A stretch of DNA of 64,000 nucleotides from the human T2T-CHM13v2.0 reference genome, Homo sapiens. The first letter of the stretch is position 1. Every line of letters starts with the position of its first letter. The stretch lies in NCBI RefSeq assembly GCF_009914755.1, contig NC_060943.1; one strand, 5' to 3'. Below the pieces are notes generated by a model, which saw only the letters and a program-made list of their open reading frames with translations, ran no database searches and was not told the origin of the DNA. The translations under genes were made by a program, and so were the position numbers. This document shows, one piece after another, positions 1 through 15,009 of this stretch.

Positions 1-172
1 CAAACAGCAGTTAGAAGTTAACCCCTGATCAATTTTTTTTTTATGATTCTATCCACTATTTACCATGTGCTAATTCCTATTCTAAATGATTTATAAATAT
101 TAACTCATTCAAAACTCACAACAATTCCATAGGTAGATACTATTTTCTCCATTTTATTGACGAGGAAACTGA

Positions 173-561
<389 letters not shown>

Positions 562-990
562 AATTGCATCTTTATTTGAACAAATATCTTAGTTTTCATG
601 TAATCATGTCTTTTTTTGCCTTAGAGTTTGTGCTTTACAAGTTCAGTGGAGGAAGTCCTTCTCCCTTCCTGGGTTCACAGCTATTCTCCAGCATTTTTTT
701 TCCTTTAATGTAAAGTTCTCCCCACTCACAGAAGGTCCTCCCAAGCTCCTTAACCTTCTACATGGAGAGCAATTCTTCATTTTATTTGTCTTTTAAAGTA
801 AAGGATTGAACAAAAGGACATGTTTCTATTTCGGGTGGTTTCTGAAGCCCTCTTAAAGTACAGTGTTTTCTTAAATAAAGAGGAGTAGGAACAGAGGCAA
901 AAACCCCATAAGGTGGTGAGGTAAGTGATTCTAGAAGAGACAGGAGCTCGAGAGGGATGAGAGCTCTGGAGAAGTCAAGAAGGGGAAATT

Positions 991-1636
<646 letters not shown>

Positions 1637-2129
1637 TTAGTGAAGGCCAGTGCATTCACAGTCATGAGTGTTTTGAAGGGTACTGTTGCGAGACCTTGCC
1701 AATCACCAGGGCTAGAGGAGGTGGTGAAAGAGAAAACTCTCCTTGAGAGGCTGGAATGAGAAGATAATGTGACTTGGGCAGGTGGAGGCAGGATGTCTTC
1801 CAAATAGAGGTGAGAACATAGTGTCAGTGGAGATGGGAGAGCCAATGGATGAATCCAATTGATGGAGTGAAGCTCTTGAGGAAATGAACAAGTGCATTAC
1901 ATTTGAATTCCCAGACATTCAGTGGGATCCTGCTACAGGAGAGGCACTCCAGGAGCAAAATAAAAACAAACTCTCATTCACAGGTGGTGGGAGTTTTAAC
2001 TGGTCCAACCACTTGGGAAAACTGTTAGGCAGTTTCTTTTCCTTCCTTCCTTCCTTCCTTCCATCCCAAACACTTGGGAAAACTGTTGGGCAGTTTCCTT
2101 TCCTTCCTTCCCTTCCTTCCTTCCTTTCT

Positions 2130-2445
<316 letters not shown>

Positions 2446-2863
2446 ATTGTTAGGCAGTTCCTACCAAAGCTAAACCAATTCCTCCCTCTGACTCAGATGT
2501 TCCGGTCCTAGGAATATCTCCCATAGAAATATGAAGAGTGGTCACCCACAGACATATCTGAGTGTGTTCAAAGTAGCTTTCTCTGGAATAGCCCCAAAGT
2601 AGAAAGCACCAAACTGCCCACCATTAGTAGAGTAAATGAACAGGTGGTTCAGCACACACAGCGATGAGAACAAATGAACAGCAACAGCACAGATGAATCT
2701 CACACATACAACGTCAAGGGAAAGAAGTCAATGCATGCATGCTGTATGACCCCATGTGCTTAAAGTTCAAAAACAAGCAAAACTAATCTAGACTGTTTGA
2801 AGTCAGGATGGAGTTACTGGTGACCTCAGAGGCACAAGGGGGTTTCTAAACGTTGGTGCTGTT

Positions 2864-3245
2864 TTTTTTTCCTTCCTTCCTTTCCTTCCTTCCTTCCTTC
2901 CCTCCCTCCTTCCTTCCTTGAAGCTGCAGCTGTTCCCTCCCTCCCCCCCTTCTTCTTCTTCTTCCTCCTCCTCTTCCCTATTTTCCTTCCTTCCTTTTTT
3001 TCTTTCTTTAGCTTTCTCTTTCTTTCTCTGTCTTCCTCTTTTCTTTCTTTCTCTTTCTTTCTTTTTCTTTACCTTTCTCTCTCTCTTTCTGTCTGTCTTC
3101 CTCTTTTCTTTCCTTTTCTCTCTCTCCCCTTCCTTCCCTTCCCTCCCTCCCTCCCTCCTTCCTTCCTTCCTTCCCTCCCTCCCTCCTTCCTTCCTTCCCT
3201 CCCTCCTTCCTCTCTCTCTCTCTCTCTCTTCCCCTCCGCCCCCAT
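2864..3245 (+). repeat. Long polypyrimidine low-complexity tract (TTCC/CT/TTC repeats)
   Basis: About 380 nt almost entirely C/T; source of the spurious E/R/K/G-rich and S/L/F/P-rich ORFs. Confidence 0.95.
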
Positions 3246-4328
3246 TGCCCACGCTGGGGAGCGATAGCATGATCTCTGCTCACTGCAACCTCTGCCTCCC
3301 AGATTCAAGTGATTCTCCTGCCTCAGCCTCACTCGGCTATGTTCTGTTTCTTGAACTAGGCGCTGGTTACATGACTGGGCTCAGTTTTTGAAAATCACTC
3401 AAGCTCTACTTGTATGATACATGTGCTTTTCTGTATGTATGTTATATTCAATAAAAGGTTAAAAATATATTTAGGAAGTAGCTAACATTTCTTGAGTGCT
3501 TGCTGTGGGCCAAGTCTTATGCATTATTTTATTCAATCCCCATGATGACCCTACAAGTGTGGCGGTGGTGGGTCCTATCATTCCCTCTACTTTCCAGGTC
3601 AGAGAGGTGGGGTCACTGCTTCGAGTTCACACAGCTAGCACATGGCTGGGCTGGGTCTTAAGCCCATGTCCTGCTCAATTCTAACTTCTCTGCAATGCTC
3701 TCAGGTTTGGAAAAGTAAAAGGACAAGGATTTCTCAAAGTCAGAGGGTAAAAAGGAAAAAAACAAAACAAAACATGAGATGATGATCCCGCCATACAATT
3801 GCCTGCTAACTTCATCAAGAAACAGTTGGAAGATCTCGAGGACCAGGTGAAGGTTTGAAGCAGGGTTGGGGTGAATTTAATAAAGTGTTGATTAAACGTT
3901 GTCAGGGGATTCTGAAGACTCAGCTTAAGAGGATACCTGCAGGAAAGAAAGGAACTCTTCCTGCTTCTTCTCTTGAACAATTTTGGCTTTAACGACCATT
4001 TCCCCACAAGGCAACAACAAATATTTCATAGTTCTACTCTTCCAAAGCCCTGTTCACAGCATCGTCACTGTGGGAGGTGGGCGCCTATACCCACTTCACT
4101 GATAAGCAAACTGTTGGGGCTCAGAAAACAATACCCCAAAATGAAGTTCTCCGAAGCAGCCACAGAAGCAAAAGTTTTTCTCTGACCTTCTCCTGCCCTT
4201 CTATCTCTTAGTCCCATTCTCCCCTGGGGCTAGCCACAAAAACTAGAATCCCTCTTCCCTAAGGCGGGTCGTAGAAACCAGACCTCTTTTCCCCAAAGTC
4301 AGCCCTAACACCTAAAAATGTTACTCTA

Positions 4329-5043
<715 letters not shown>

Positions 5044-5067
5044 TTATTTGACCGTAGGTTATAAGGA

Positions 5068-5305
5068 TCCCATTCCAGAGAGGGTCCTGCCCCATACCCA
5101 GAAGGAATGCATGCTCTGAGAGACCAAGAAGAATCAAGACAGCCCCCTTATTCCAGAGAGGGTCCTGCCCCATACCCGGAAGGAATGCATGCTGAGAGAG
5201 ACCAAGGAGAACCAAGAGAGCCCCCCCTCCATTCCAGAGAGGGTCTTGTCCCATACCCGGAAGAAATGCATGCTCAGAGAGACCAAGGAGAATCAAGACA
5301 GCCCT
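5068..5305 (+). repeat. Three tandem copies of a 78-81 bp unit inside the LTR
   Basis: TTCCAGAGAGGGTC...CCATACCC...ATGCATGCT...GAGACCAAG recurs at 5073, 5151 and 5232. Confidence 0.92.
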
Positions 5306-5843
5306 TTTTGGGTTTCCCCACTCAGTCTATTAGCATTTACATTGTACACTTTTTGTTCAATCATATTTCTACACCGCTGTCCATACTTTGTTGAACCTAA
5401 GCTTAAAAAACGGACAATTTCCCCTGCAGCTTTGGGTCTTCATTCTGAAGGCTCTCGTGCAAACACATTAAATAAATCTGCCTGCCTTTTCTCCAATTAA
5501 TATGCCTTGTGAGTTGATTTTTTTCAGTGAACCTTCAGAGGGTCAAGCCCTTGGCCACTACAAAACCAAGGTTCCGGAAGGCCAGGTGTCTTGTCAGAAC
5601 ACTCATTGGTTCATTTCAGAGCTGAACTTGAACTAAAGCTTTCTGACTCTACTCTTCCCCGTGAGGGAAGCCTCCATCGCAGCAAAGCAGCTCACTCAAC
5701 TTTCTTGCTTCTCAACTGCTCCTTTGCCTAGAGAGTCTCCTCCCTACTGATCCACAGCTCTCTGTCTCCCTTCAAAACTGCCTCTTGTGCTGTTTTCTCT
5801 CTTCTCCATTCCATAACATGCATGGGCTCAGGTTACACCACAG

Positions 5844-6050
5844 CTGCGCCGGCCCCTAGAACTTTCTGGGATGATGGAAATGTTCTATTCTGATCTGTCC
5901 AATATGGTAGCCAAGAGCCACGTGTGGCTAATGAGCATTTGAAATGGGGCTCAGTGGCTAAAATTTTCATTTGGTTAAATTTTAATGAATGTACATTTAT
6001 ATTTAAATAGCCTCGTGTGGCTAGTGGCTATCCTGCTGTACCATGCAGCT
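5844..6050 (+). mobile_element. MER3 (hAT-Charlie DNA transposon)
   Basis: TAGAACTTTCTG..GATGATGGAAATGTTCTA..CTGTCCAATATGGTAGCCA..GTGGCTAGTGGCTA matches recalled MER3. Confidence 0.8.
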
Positions 6051-6069
6051 CTGCAGTTGAATTATAGAG

Positions 6070-6520
6070 TGGATTACATAATCGAGGGCGTGCAGTCCGT
6101 CACATGATGGTGCAAACTAGTCATTCCCTGTGTGCCCTCTAGGTCAATGCTCCAGCGGGCTCTGTGCCCTCGAGGCGGACCCTTGAAGACTACAACTCCC
6201 AGAATGCTTTGCTCCGTTTCCGGTTTGGTTTGGCTGAGGGGAAGCGCTGGCAGAAGATGAGGGGAGGGAAAGAGATTGGAATATTGCTTCCCTGCTCCCT
6301 CCCTGGTTCTGACAGTAGTCCCTTCTGCACAGCTCTGCCTCCACTGGGTTCCAGGAAATGTAGGGCTCGCGATGGCTTCTCTCTGAGGACCTCAAACAGC
6401 CGTTATCTATTTCTCTCACCTGTTCCTATCTCTTTAAGGAGTCTCTTCATGGCATGGTCTTCTTTTGAACCATCTAGAAGTTAATTCTTTTTCCTGTTAG
6501 GACCCTGATTGGTATGAGGT
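6070..6520. promoter_or_regulatory. Promoter/enhancer-like motif cluster centred on a ZNF143 SBS
   Basis: ACTACAACTCCCAGAATGC (6189-6207), GTTTCCGGT ETS-like (6216-6224), GTCACATGA E-box (6099-6107), TTCCAGGAA STAT (6349-6357), CTGATTGG CCAAT box (~6505-6512); locally more CpGs. Confidence 0.45.
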
Positions 6521-6771
6521 GGGAGGAATGAATGGTTCATGAAAGCTGCCCACCTGAAGACCTTGAAGTCCCCCCAGTTTCTGAGGTCAAAGTCTGGAGA
6601 AGCAGGATTTGATTCTAGATTTCCCTACCTCAAGAGGGAGGGATGCTCTACTGCTTTTTTTCAAATAAGACTTCAAATTGTGGGGAGAGACATTCTTCCA
6701 GATTCTTGCTTCACCCCATTGTAAGGCAAAGGCAAATCCTGAGAGCTGGAAGCCCAAGAAACAGAGGAGGT

Positions 6772-6853
6772 GGGTGGAAGAACTCAGGAGTGTCCCTTAA
6801 AACTGTCCTAAGGGTGGAAGAAGATAGGAATGTCCCTTAAAATTGTCCTAAGG
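6772..6853 (+). repeat. 40-bp tandem duplication
   Basis: GGGTGGAAG..AGGARTGTCCCTTAAAAYTGTCCTAAG repeated with period 40. Confidence 0.9.
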
Positions 6854-6868
6854 TAGGGCTTGCAAGGA

Positions 6869-7138
6869 GGTGACACAGATCAAAATGTGAAGCTTGATTC
6901 TCAGTGAGGACCCACGCAGAGACTGATGTCTGTCTCTCCTTCCTGGATGCTCAGTTAGACTCCGTTTCCCAGCTCTGCAAGTGGGCGCCGCCATGTACGC
7001 TCTGGTGACATCGATCAAAATGTGGAGCTTGATTCTCAGTGAGGACCCACGCAAAGACTCATGTCTGTCTCTCCTTCCTGGATGCTCAGTTAGACTCCAT
7101 TTCCCAGCTCTGCAAGTGGGTGCCGCCATGTAAGCTCT
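6869..7138 (+). repeat. 135-bp tandem duplication (6869-7003 / 7004-7138) at the start of an MLT1-like LTR relic
   Basis: Copies differ at 8 of 135 positions by my count; contains the MLT1-type ACTCCATTTCCCAGC motif. Confidence 0.93.
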
Positions 7139-7330
7139 AGCCAGTGGGAGGTAGATGGAAGTCATATGGACTACTTCTGGGTCTGTCCCAGAAACATTTC
7201 TCCTGTGCCCTTCTCATGCTCTTTTCCCTTCTGTGGCTTGATATCAAGAAGCATGGAGACTTTGGAAGCCATGGGTTGAAGATGAGGAGCTACAATATGG
7301 AACAAGCCTGGGCCCCTGACTTACTGCTTA

Positions 7331-7672
<342 letters not shown>

Positions 7673-8687
7673 AATACACCTTTTGAACTTTATCTGTGCA
7701 AGAACGAAATTTTTATTGTTTTGAGCCCTTATGCATGTTGGGATTCTTTGTTACAGCTGCAAGCATATCTAATACACTTAATAGGAACTTATAAACAGTA
7801 ACTAATACACTTGGGCAGGTAAATTGTCAGTTTCATGAGACCATGGATTTGCCTCTTTGGTTCACTGATGGATCTCTGGTGTCTAGAACAGGGCTGAGCA
7901 GGTGGAAGGGTTCAATAAGTGTTTGTTGAATGAGCTATCAGCTTCCAATTTTTCTTTGCAGCTGACTGGAAAGCAGAGAAGTATAGTAGATGCAAGCTCT
8001 GGCTCCCAGGTGGGAAAGGGTTGGGTTTATATCCTGCCTGATTATTTACTAATTGTCTACATTGGGCAATTGCCAAGCCTCAGTTTCCTCATAGGGAGGT
8101 TGGAGAATTATATAAAAGCTCTTTCTTTTTGTGGACAGAGTGAGGATTCAACGTGATCATTCATGAGAAGTGCTGAGCACACCACCTGATGCATAGTAAG
8201 TGCTCAGGAAGTAGCGGTCATGATTATCTGGACTTTTCTCATTCTCTGGGCAAACAAAAAGCACAGAAGCTGCCCCTGCAATAGGCTCTGACAAATTTCA
8301 GGCCCCGAGGGGAGGGAGGCCAGGCTTGAGCCTGGGATTATAGCCAAAGACCAGCTCAGGAAACAATATTACATTCCCATGATCCTCCTGCGATCCCAGG
8401 AGGGCTTGAGCCTCTGTTTCTTGTCCTGACCTCAGACTAACTCTGCAGAAATGCTGCTCGGGGCTTGGACTAGCTGCTCTGGTTCAGGGAGCCCCATTGA
8501 GACCTGGAACTTAGAGGGCCTGGTGGAGTCCTCAAGACTAATGTGGGGAATGAGCCATAGTTTAATTCAGGACACCCCACTTTTTTCAAGTATTATTATT
8601 ATCACCAGCCTGGAGTTATGCGTGATTGGGCAGATGCCTTAGGACTGATCAGGTTTTTCTCCTCCATTAATTAAAATGTGAATCACA

Positions 8688-8765
8688 GCTGAGTCACTAA
8701 AGAAAACGGTTAATGAGCAATTCTGACTTCCTCCCTCCTTCCTTGCTCAGAGAGATGAGTCAGCA
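8688..8765. promoter_or_regulatory. Paired AP-1/ARE (CNC-sMAF) motifs
   Basis: GCTGAGTCAC (8688-8697) and ATGAGTCAGCA (8755-8765). Confidence 0.35.
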
Positions 8766-10008
8766 GAAGTCCAGATCCAAAAATGAGAAGAAGAAGAAGA
8801 AGAAGAAGAAGAAGGAGAGAAAAGGAAAAAAAAAAAAGCCCAGAAGAGATGTAGGGCTTGGGAAAGCAGGAGCAAAATGAACCTGAACCATATTATTCTT
8901 TGTCTTAGCAGAAAAAAGTTCCCAAATCGCTATCCCAAGGCCTAACGGTCAAATCCTCTAATGAGCACGACCAGTTCTCATTTTTACAGACAGACCCACA
9001 GGCACCCAGAGATGGATCCAAGCCCCAGCAATCTCCTTTCTTGCTTTCCTCAAGCAACGACAGGCTCCTCACCATGCCAAAAACAACCACCAACCTCCAC
9101 CTTTCTTTTTCTGCTTCGTTTTCCCCACAAAGCCCAGGCTCTCCTTTGAATTCAGACATCATGGTCATGTTTCATAAGATAAGGGACGAGTGAGGAGCTG
9201 GGGTGCCTCCGGTCAATAGGAAAGGGCCATGGGGAGTAACAGTAGAAGATTTCAGAAGTGGGGAGGTCCCTCAGAATCAGGGAAGCTACGTAACTCAAAA
9301 CATGATTCCTGGAGCCAGGCTAAGCCTGGATCCTGGCTTCGTGTAGAGCTAATCAATCTTTCTGAGCCTCAGTTGTCTCATCTGTAAAATGGGGAGAGTA
9401 AAAATACCTACGCAGTGTTGCAAAGATGAAAAAGTCAGCACCCATCAGAAGTTAACAATTATAATATTCATTAGAAAACTATGATCCAAGAATTTCTGCC
9501 TCACCCATAGGGTCACCCCAAAGCAAGATGATCAGACAGGTTGGGGAGATGGTCCTCACTGAGCACTGGCACACACACTTGAACAGGTGTGTGTGTGTGG
9601 GTGTGCAAGCTCTCATGTGTGTGCATGCAATTTCCCCTCCCAAATCAACTGATCATGTATAACACTGCACATTCGACTTTTGACTTTTGCAGGATGAATT
9701 TTCATGATGCCTATTTATATTTTCAAATTATGAGCAGGGGCTTTCACCAATTACCCCTGTCTTGACCCCTTGTTATTCAAATGATTCTCTTTTGAAGAGC
9801 CTGCAGTGTCCCAGTCCTTGTCAATTTTTAACTAGATGAATACTGTCCAGATCCCATCTGCTAATGTCTGGGGGTGTGATTTCAGCAGCTTGCCACCATC
9901 ATGCTCACTGACTTTAAGAAATCTTCTATTTTTTGCAAGGTTGGTAATTTCTAAGTCAGTTTGCCTTGGACTTGTGCTAGAGTGTAAGATAATATTTAAC
10001 AATCTAGA

Positions 10009-10210
10009 ACAGTGACTCTCAACCAGGGGTGATTTCACCTCCCAGGGGACATTTGGCAATGTGTGGAGACATTTTTGGTTCTCACAACTGGGGCGCGGGC
10101 GCTACTGGCATCAAGTAAGTTGAGGCAGTGCACAGGATAGCTCCCATTTTGGAGCTAATAATGCAGCCCCCAAAGTCATCAGTGCTGTGGCGGAGAAACT
10201 CTGACCTAGA
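10009..10210 (+). mobile_element. MER20 (hAT-Charlie)
   Basis: CAGTGACTCTCAACCAGGGGTGATTT..CCAGGGGACATTTGGCAATGTGTGGAGACATTTTTGG. Confidence 0.85.
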
Positions 10211-10231
10211 ACCCAGGGGGCCATGGCGGTC

Positions 10232-10515
10232 CTGAGGCAGAGTCTTGCTCTGTCATTCAAGTTGGAGTAAAGTGGCGTGATCTTTGCTCACTGCAACCTC
10301 CACCTCCCAGGTTCAAACGATTCTCCTGCCTCAGCCTCCTGAGTAGCTGGAATTACAGGCACCCACCGCCACACCCAGCTAATTTTTCTATTTTTTTAGA
10401 GACAGGGTTTTGCCATGTTGGCCAGGCTGGTCTTGAAATCCTGACCTCAGGTGATCTGCCCGCCTCAGCCTCCCAAAGTCCTGGAATTACAGACCTGAGC
10501 CACTGTTGCCTGTCC
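10232..10515 (-). mobile_element. AluS
   Basis: Reverse Alu consensus. Confidence 0.88.
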
Positions 10516-10899
10516 AGGACTCACTTTTACAAGTAGTCAATTCAGTCAGTTCCTTAGGGACCAAAAAATGGATTATGCCAATTTTAGGGTCCTTCTGCCT
10601 CTTTCTAAACTACAATGAATTTATACTAAGCGTGGGGCTCTGCAGCCAGATTTCCTGGATTCAAATTCCAACTCTGCCACTTCCTAGCTGTGTGACCTTG
10701 GGCAAGATATTTAACGGCTCTGGGTTTCCATGTTCTCACTAATACATGTGACCAATAAAGCACCCACTGAGTAGTTGTTTGCATTAGGTAGGCTGATATG
10801 TAAAGTACTTACGACAGTGCCTGATACATAGTTGAGGCATGAGTGGGAGGTAGACTGAATCCCTGGTGCAAACATGGTGAGCTTCCCACTAAAGATTCA

Positions 10900-11465
10900 C
10901 AAGTGGGACTGGGAAATGGCAGCCTAATCAGAGACTACATTTCCCAGCCTCCCATGCAGCTAGCCTGGGCCACATGACTAAATTCCACCCAATAGAATGC
11001 AGGCAGAAGTGTTGTTCACCACTTCCAGGAACCCTCATAAGTACCTCCCACTCCACTTTCCCTTTTCCCCAGCTGCTGTCTCAATGTAGGCTCTTAGAAC
11101 AACCTTGGAAGCCACATGTTTAAGCAGGGAGAGCCTCCAACAGCCTGGATCCCTGAGTGACTGCATGGAGTCGAGCCATATTTGAGTCACCCACCACTCC
11201 ACCTCATTGCACCCCTCACCAGTTTCACTTTATTATTTTTTATTTTTAGTAGAGATGGTGTCTCACTGTGTTGCCCAGGTTGGCGTTAAACTACTGGGGT
11301 CAAGCGACCCTCCCACCACAGCCTCCCAAAGTGCTAGAATTACAGGCATAAGCCACCACATCCGGCCACCAGTTGTACTTTAGAAGTTGATTTCTCACTC
11401 ATGCATACTCTTAAGCCAGAGATTTTTGGTTTTATTGGTTATTGCAGCTGGTGTTAACTAACACA
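10900..11465 (+). mobile_element. Old MLT1-type (MaLR) LTR relic with an inserted Alu monomer (11229-11367, minus)
   Basis: ACTACATTTCCCAGCCTCCC..CATGACTAAATTCC..AATAGAATGCAGGCAGAAGTG signature. Confidence 0.6.
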
Positions 11466-11744
11466 GCCTCTTCTTCCAGCATTGCTTTGTCTCTCTTGAT
11501 CAGCAAATATTATCATCTCTTCAACATCTGACCAGCTTCAAGACAACTACAGTCCTCTCCTTCATACCTTTCCTATGAGTTGGCAAATAAGCTGGGGAAG
11601 AAGCCCCTTCTCCCATTGGGGATGAGGAAAGGGAATAGGTTCCCTAGGCCAGGATCTTAGTAAAGATCTTTGATACAGAAACAAGAAGGGATCTGGGAGT
11701 CATGACCACTCAGCATCTCAGGCCAAAGAATGTGGGTGAGTAAA

Positions 11745-11960
11745 ATAATGGTACAATGGACTTTAGAGACTTGGGGGGAAGAGTAGGAGGTGAGCACTGG
11801 ATAACAGACAACAAATATGGTGCAGTGTATACTGCCCGGGTGATGGGTGCACCAGGTTCTCACAAATCTCCACTGAAGAACTTACTCATGCAACCAAATA
11901 CCACCTGTACCCCAATAACTTATGGAAAAATAAAATTAAAAAAAAGAAAAAAGAAAATTA
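11745..11960 (+). mobile_element. L1 3' end (L1PB-like)
   Basis: GCAGTGTATACTGCCCGGGTGATGGGTGCACCAGG..ACCAAATACCACCTGTACCCC followed by an A-rich tail. Confidence 0.8.
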
Positions 11961-12110
11961 AGCAAATAAAAATAATCAAAATCTAAAGAAAACCCCAAAA
12001 CCTAACAATTTCTGAAAAAATAGTATGTGGGTATCTGTTTATTAATAAAACATTCAATTATAATTTCAACATCAATTAATTGATCAGCATAAATAAATGG
12101 ACCAAATTTC

Positions 12111-12248
12111 ATATATATATATACATATATATACACATATATATACACACATATATATACATATATATACATATATATACATATATACACACATATATAT
12201 ATACATATATACACACATATATATACATATATATACACATATATATAT

Positions 12249-12303
<55 letters not shown>
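12111..12303. repeat. Compound (TA)n/(CA)n microsatellite, about 190 bp
   Basis: Uninterrupted purine-pyrimidine alternation. Confidence 0.97.
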
Positions 12304-12304
<1 letters not shown>

Positions 12305-12946
12305 TTGCAAGTGAAACTCAAACTCATATTAGTACCATCAAACAGTAGCAATATGTGCCGACATCTAGATCGTCTGCTCAAATATCACTTTCCCAATAAG
12401 GCCTACCCTGACCACCCTATTCAATGCTGTATCTTGCACCCCAGAAAGTGGCAGGGCCAGGACTTGAGCACAGCACTCCCAAATTCCCTTTACCCGACTT
12501 TACTGATTTTCCCACCTGCGAACACACCATCGTTAATGTTTAGGGTTCTCACCCTCCCCCACCTCACTACCTCATAAGAACCAGAGGGTCTCCTCATCAC
12601 CTAGAATAGTCATGGGTACACAGTAGATGCTAAATAAATGTTGATCTGAGTGAAGTGTTGTTCTTTGCCTGGGACATTCTAAGAGGTTTATACATATGAA
12701 CTCATTTGCATGCTCAAAGCAGTTTGACCAAGTGATGAGTTTAAAAAAATTATCTCCATTTTATAGATAAAGAAAGACAGGTTCAGAGAGAGCACTCAGG
12801 CAGAAGTGGAAGAGCCAGGATTTGAACCCAGACTGTCTGGTCCCTGGGTCTAGGAGCTCCAGACACTGCTTTGTCTAGGCCCACAACACAGAGTCAACAA
12901 ACCCGGGACAAGTGTGAGGGGAACCCAAACCAGAGGTGTTCATTCA

Positions 12947-13358
<412 letters not shown>

Positions 13359-13556
13359 GTTGGTACATATGGTACAATGGTACATATGTTCAAATCTTGG
13401 CCTCACCACTCTCCAGCTGTGTGATCTTGGGGCAGTAACGTAACCTCTCTGTGCCTCAAGTCTTATTTATAAAATGGGTTGTTGGGAGGATAAAATACAT
13501 TGACATTTGTAAAGTGCTCAGAACAGGTTCATAGGCACACATATGCACATATGTGC

Positions 13557-13589
<33 letters not shown>

Positions 13590-14272
13590 CACAGTAATAA
13601 GGTTCATAGTTAATGCTGCTATATATGTTTCTGTTAAGGAAATAATGGTCACAGCTTCCACCCGGAGCTCAGGAGCGTGGAGCAGGCCACCTGAGAGCAG
13701 AGCCAATCCCTGCACTGTATTCAGCCTCATGCCACCTGGGGAACAGTGTGTTCCAGTCAAAAGAGCTAACAGCGACCTTCCAACAGCTCCTGCTAATTTT
13801 AAGGACAAGCCTCTCAGTGCTGGCGCTGGAGTCAATTGTTGCTTTTTCAACAACAGCACCAGGTGTGTGTTAAGAGGCGTGCCATCAGGAAGGCATCCTC
13901 TCCCGAGAAAGCTGGAAGTGGCAAGTGGCCCAGGCTGCCCTGAACAGGACAGAAAATGGTTCAGAGCAAAGCTGAGGTAGGCAGGGAGAAAAGATACCAG
14001 GGCCGTATCCTCTGTGTCCTCCCCCTGCCAGGCAGAATAATCTGGCATTGCTTAAATATGGTACAAGTCCCGTGATGTTTCCAGCCTGCAAAGCACCTAC
14101 AGCTCCAAAGTGCTTTCCAGAAATGAGCTAACTAATCCCCAGGGGTGGGTCATGATGCTAAACGTGAACCATCCCTGAGGGGAAAGGTGTGGAAGAGTGT
14201 TATTCCAAGAAAACAGGCAAAACTGCAGGGCAAGGAGTGAGAGACTGTTAGTAAGAATGATGATAAAAATGA

Positions 14273-15009
<737 letters not shown>

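Noticed and set aside
3931-3954. Possible recursive splice site uuccuuucuuuccugcag|guaucc on the minus strand
   Set aside because: The acceptor is good, but the regenerated donor GUAUCC is far from GURAG and I found no partner donor. It would need a saw-tooth pattern in total RNA-seq.
5068-5305. CRISPR-like or other prokaryotic repeat array
   Set aside because: Primate DNA; the units are whole tandem copies with no unique spacers.
6848-7165. 105-aa ORF with an internal 45-aa repeat
   Set aside because: A by-product of the 135-bp duplication (a multiple of 3) in an LTR relic; no coding evidence.
8786-8815. (GAA)n run as a pathogenic-type repeat
   Set aside because: Only about 9 units, and it reads as UUC in the pre-mRNA. 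The known CACNA1A CAG repeat is at the 3' end of the gene, outside this window.
13518-14048. Overlapping 145-176 aa ORFs, possible processed pseudogene
   Set aside because: No similarity to a protein I recognise; they run into a CA/TA repeat; no poly(A) or TSD.
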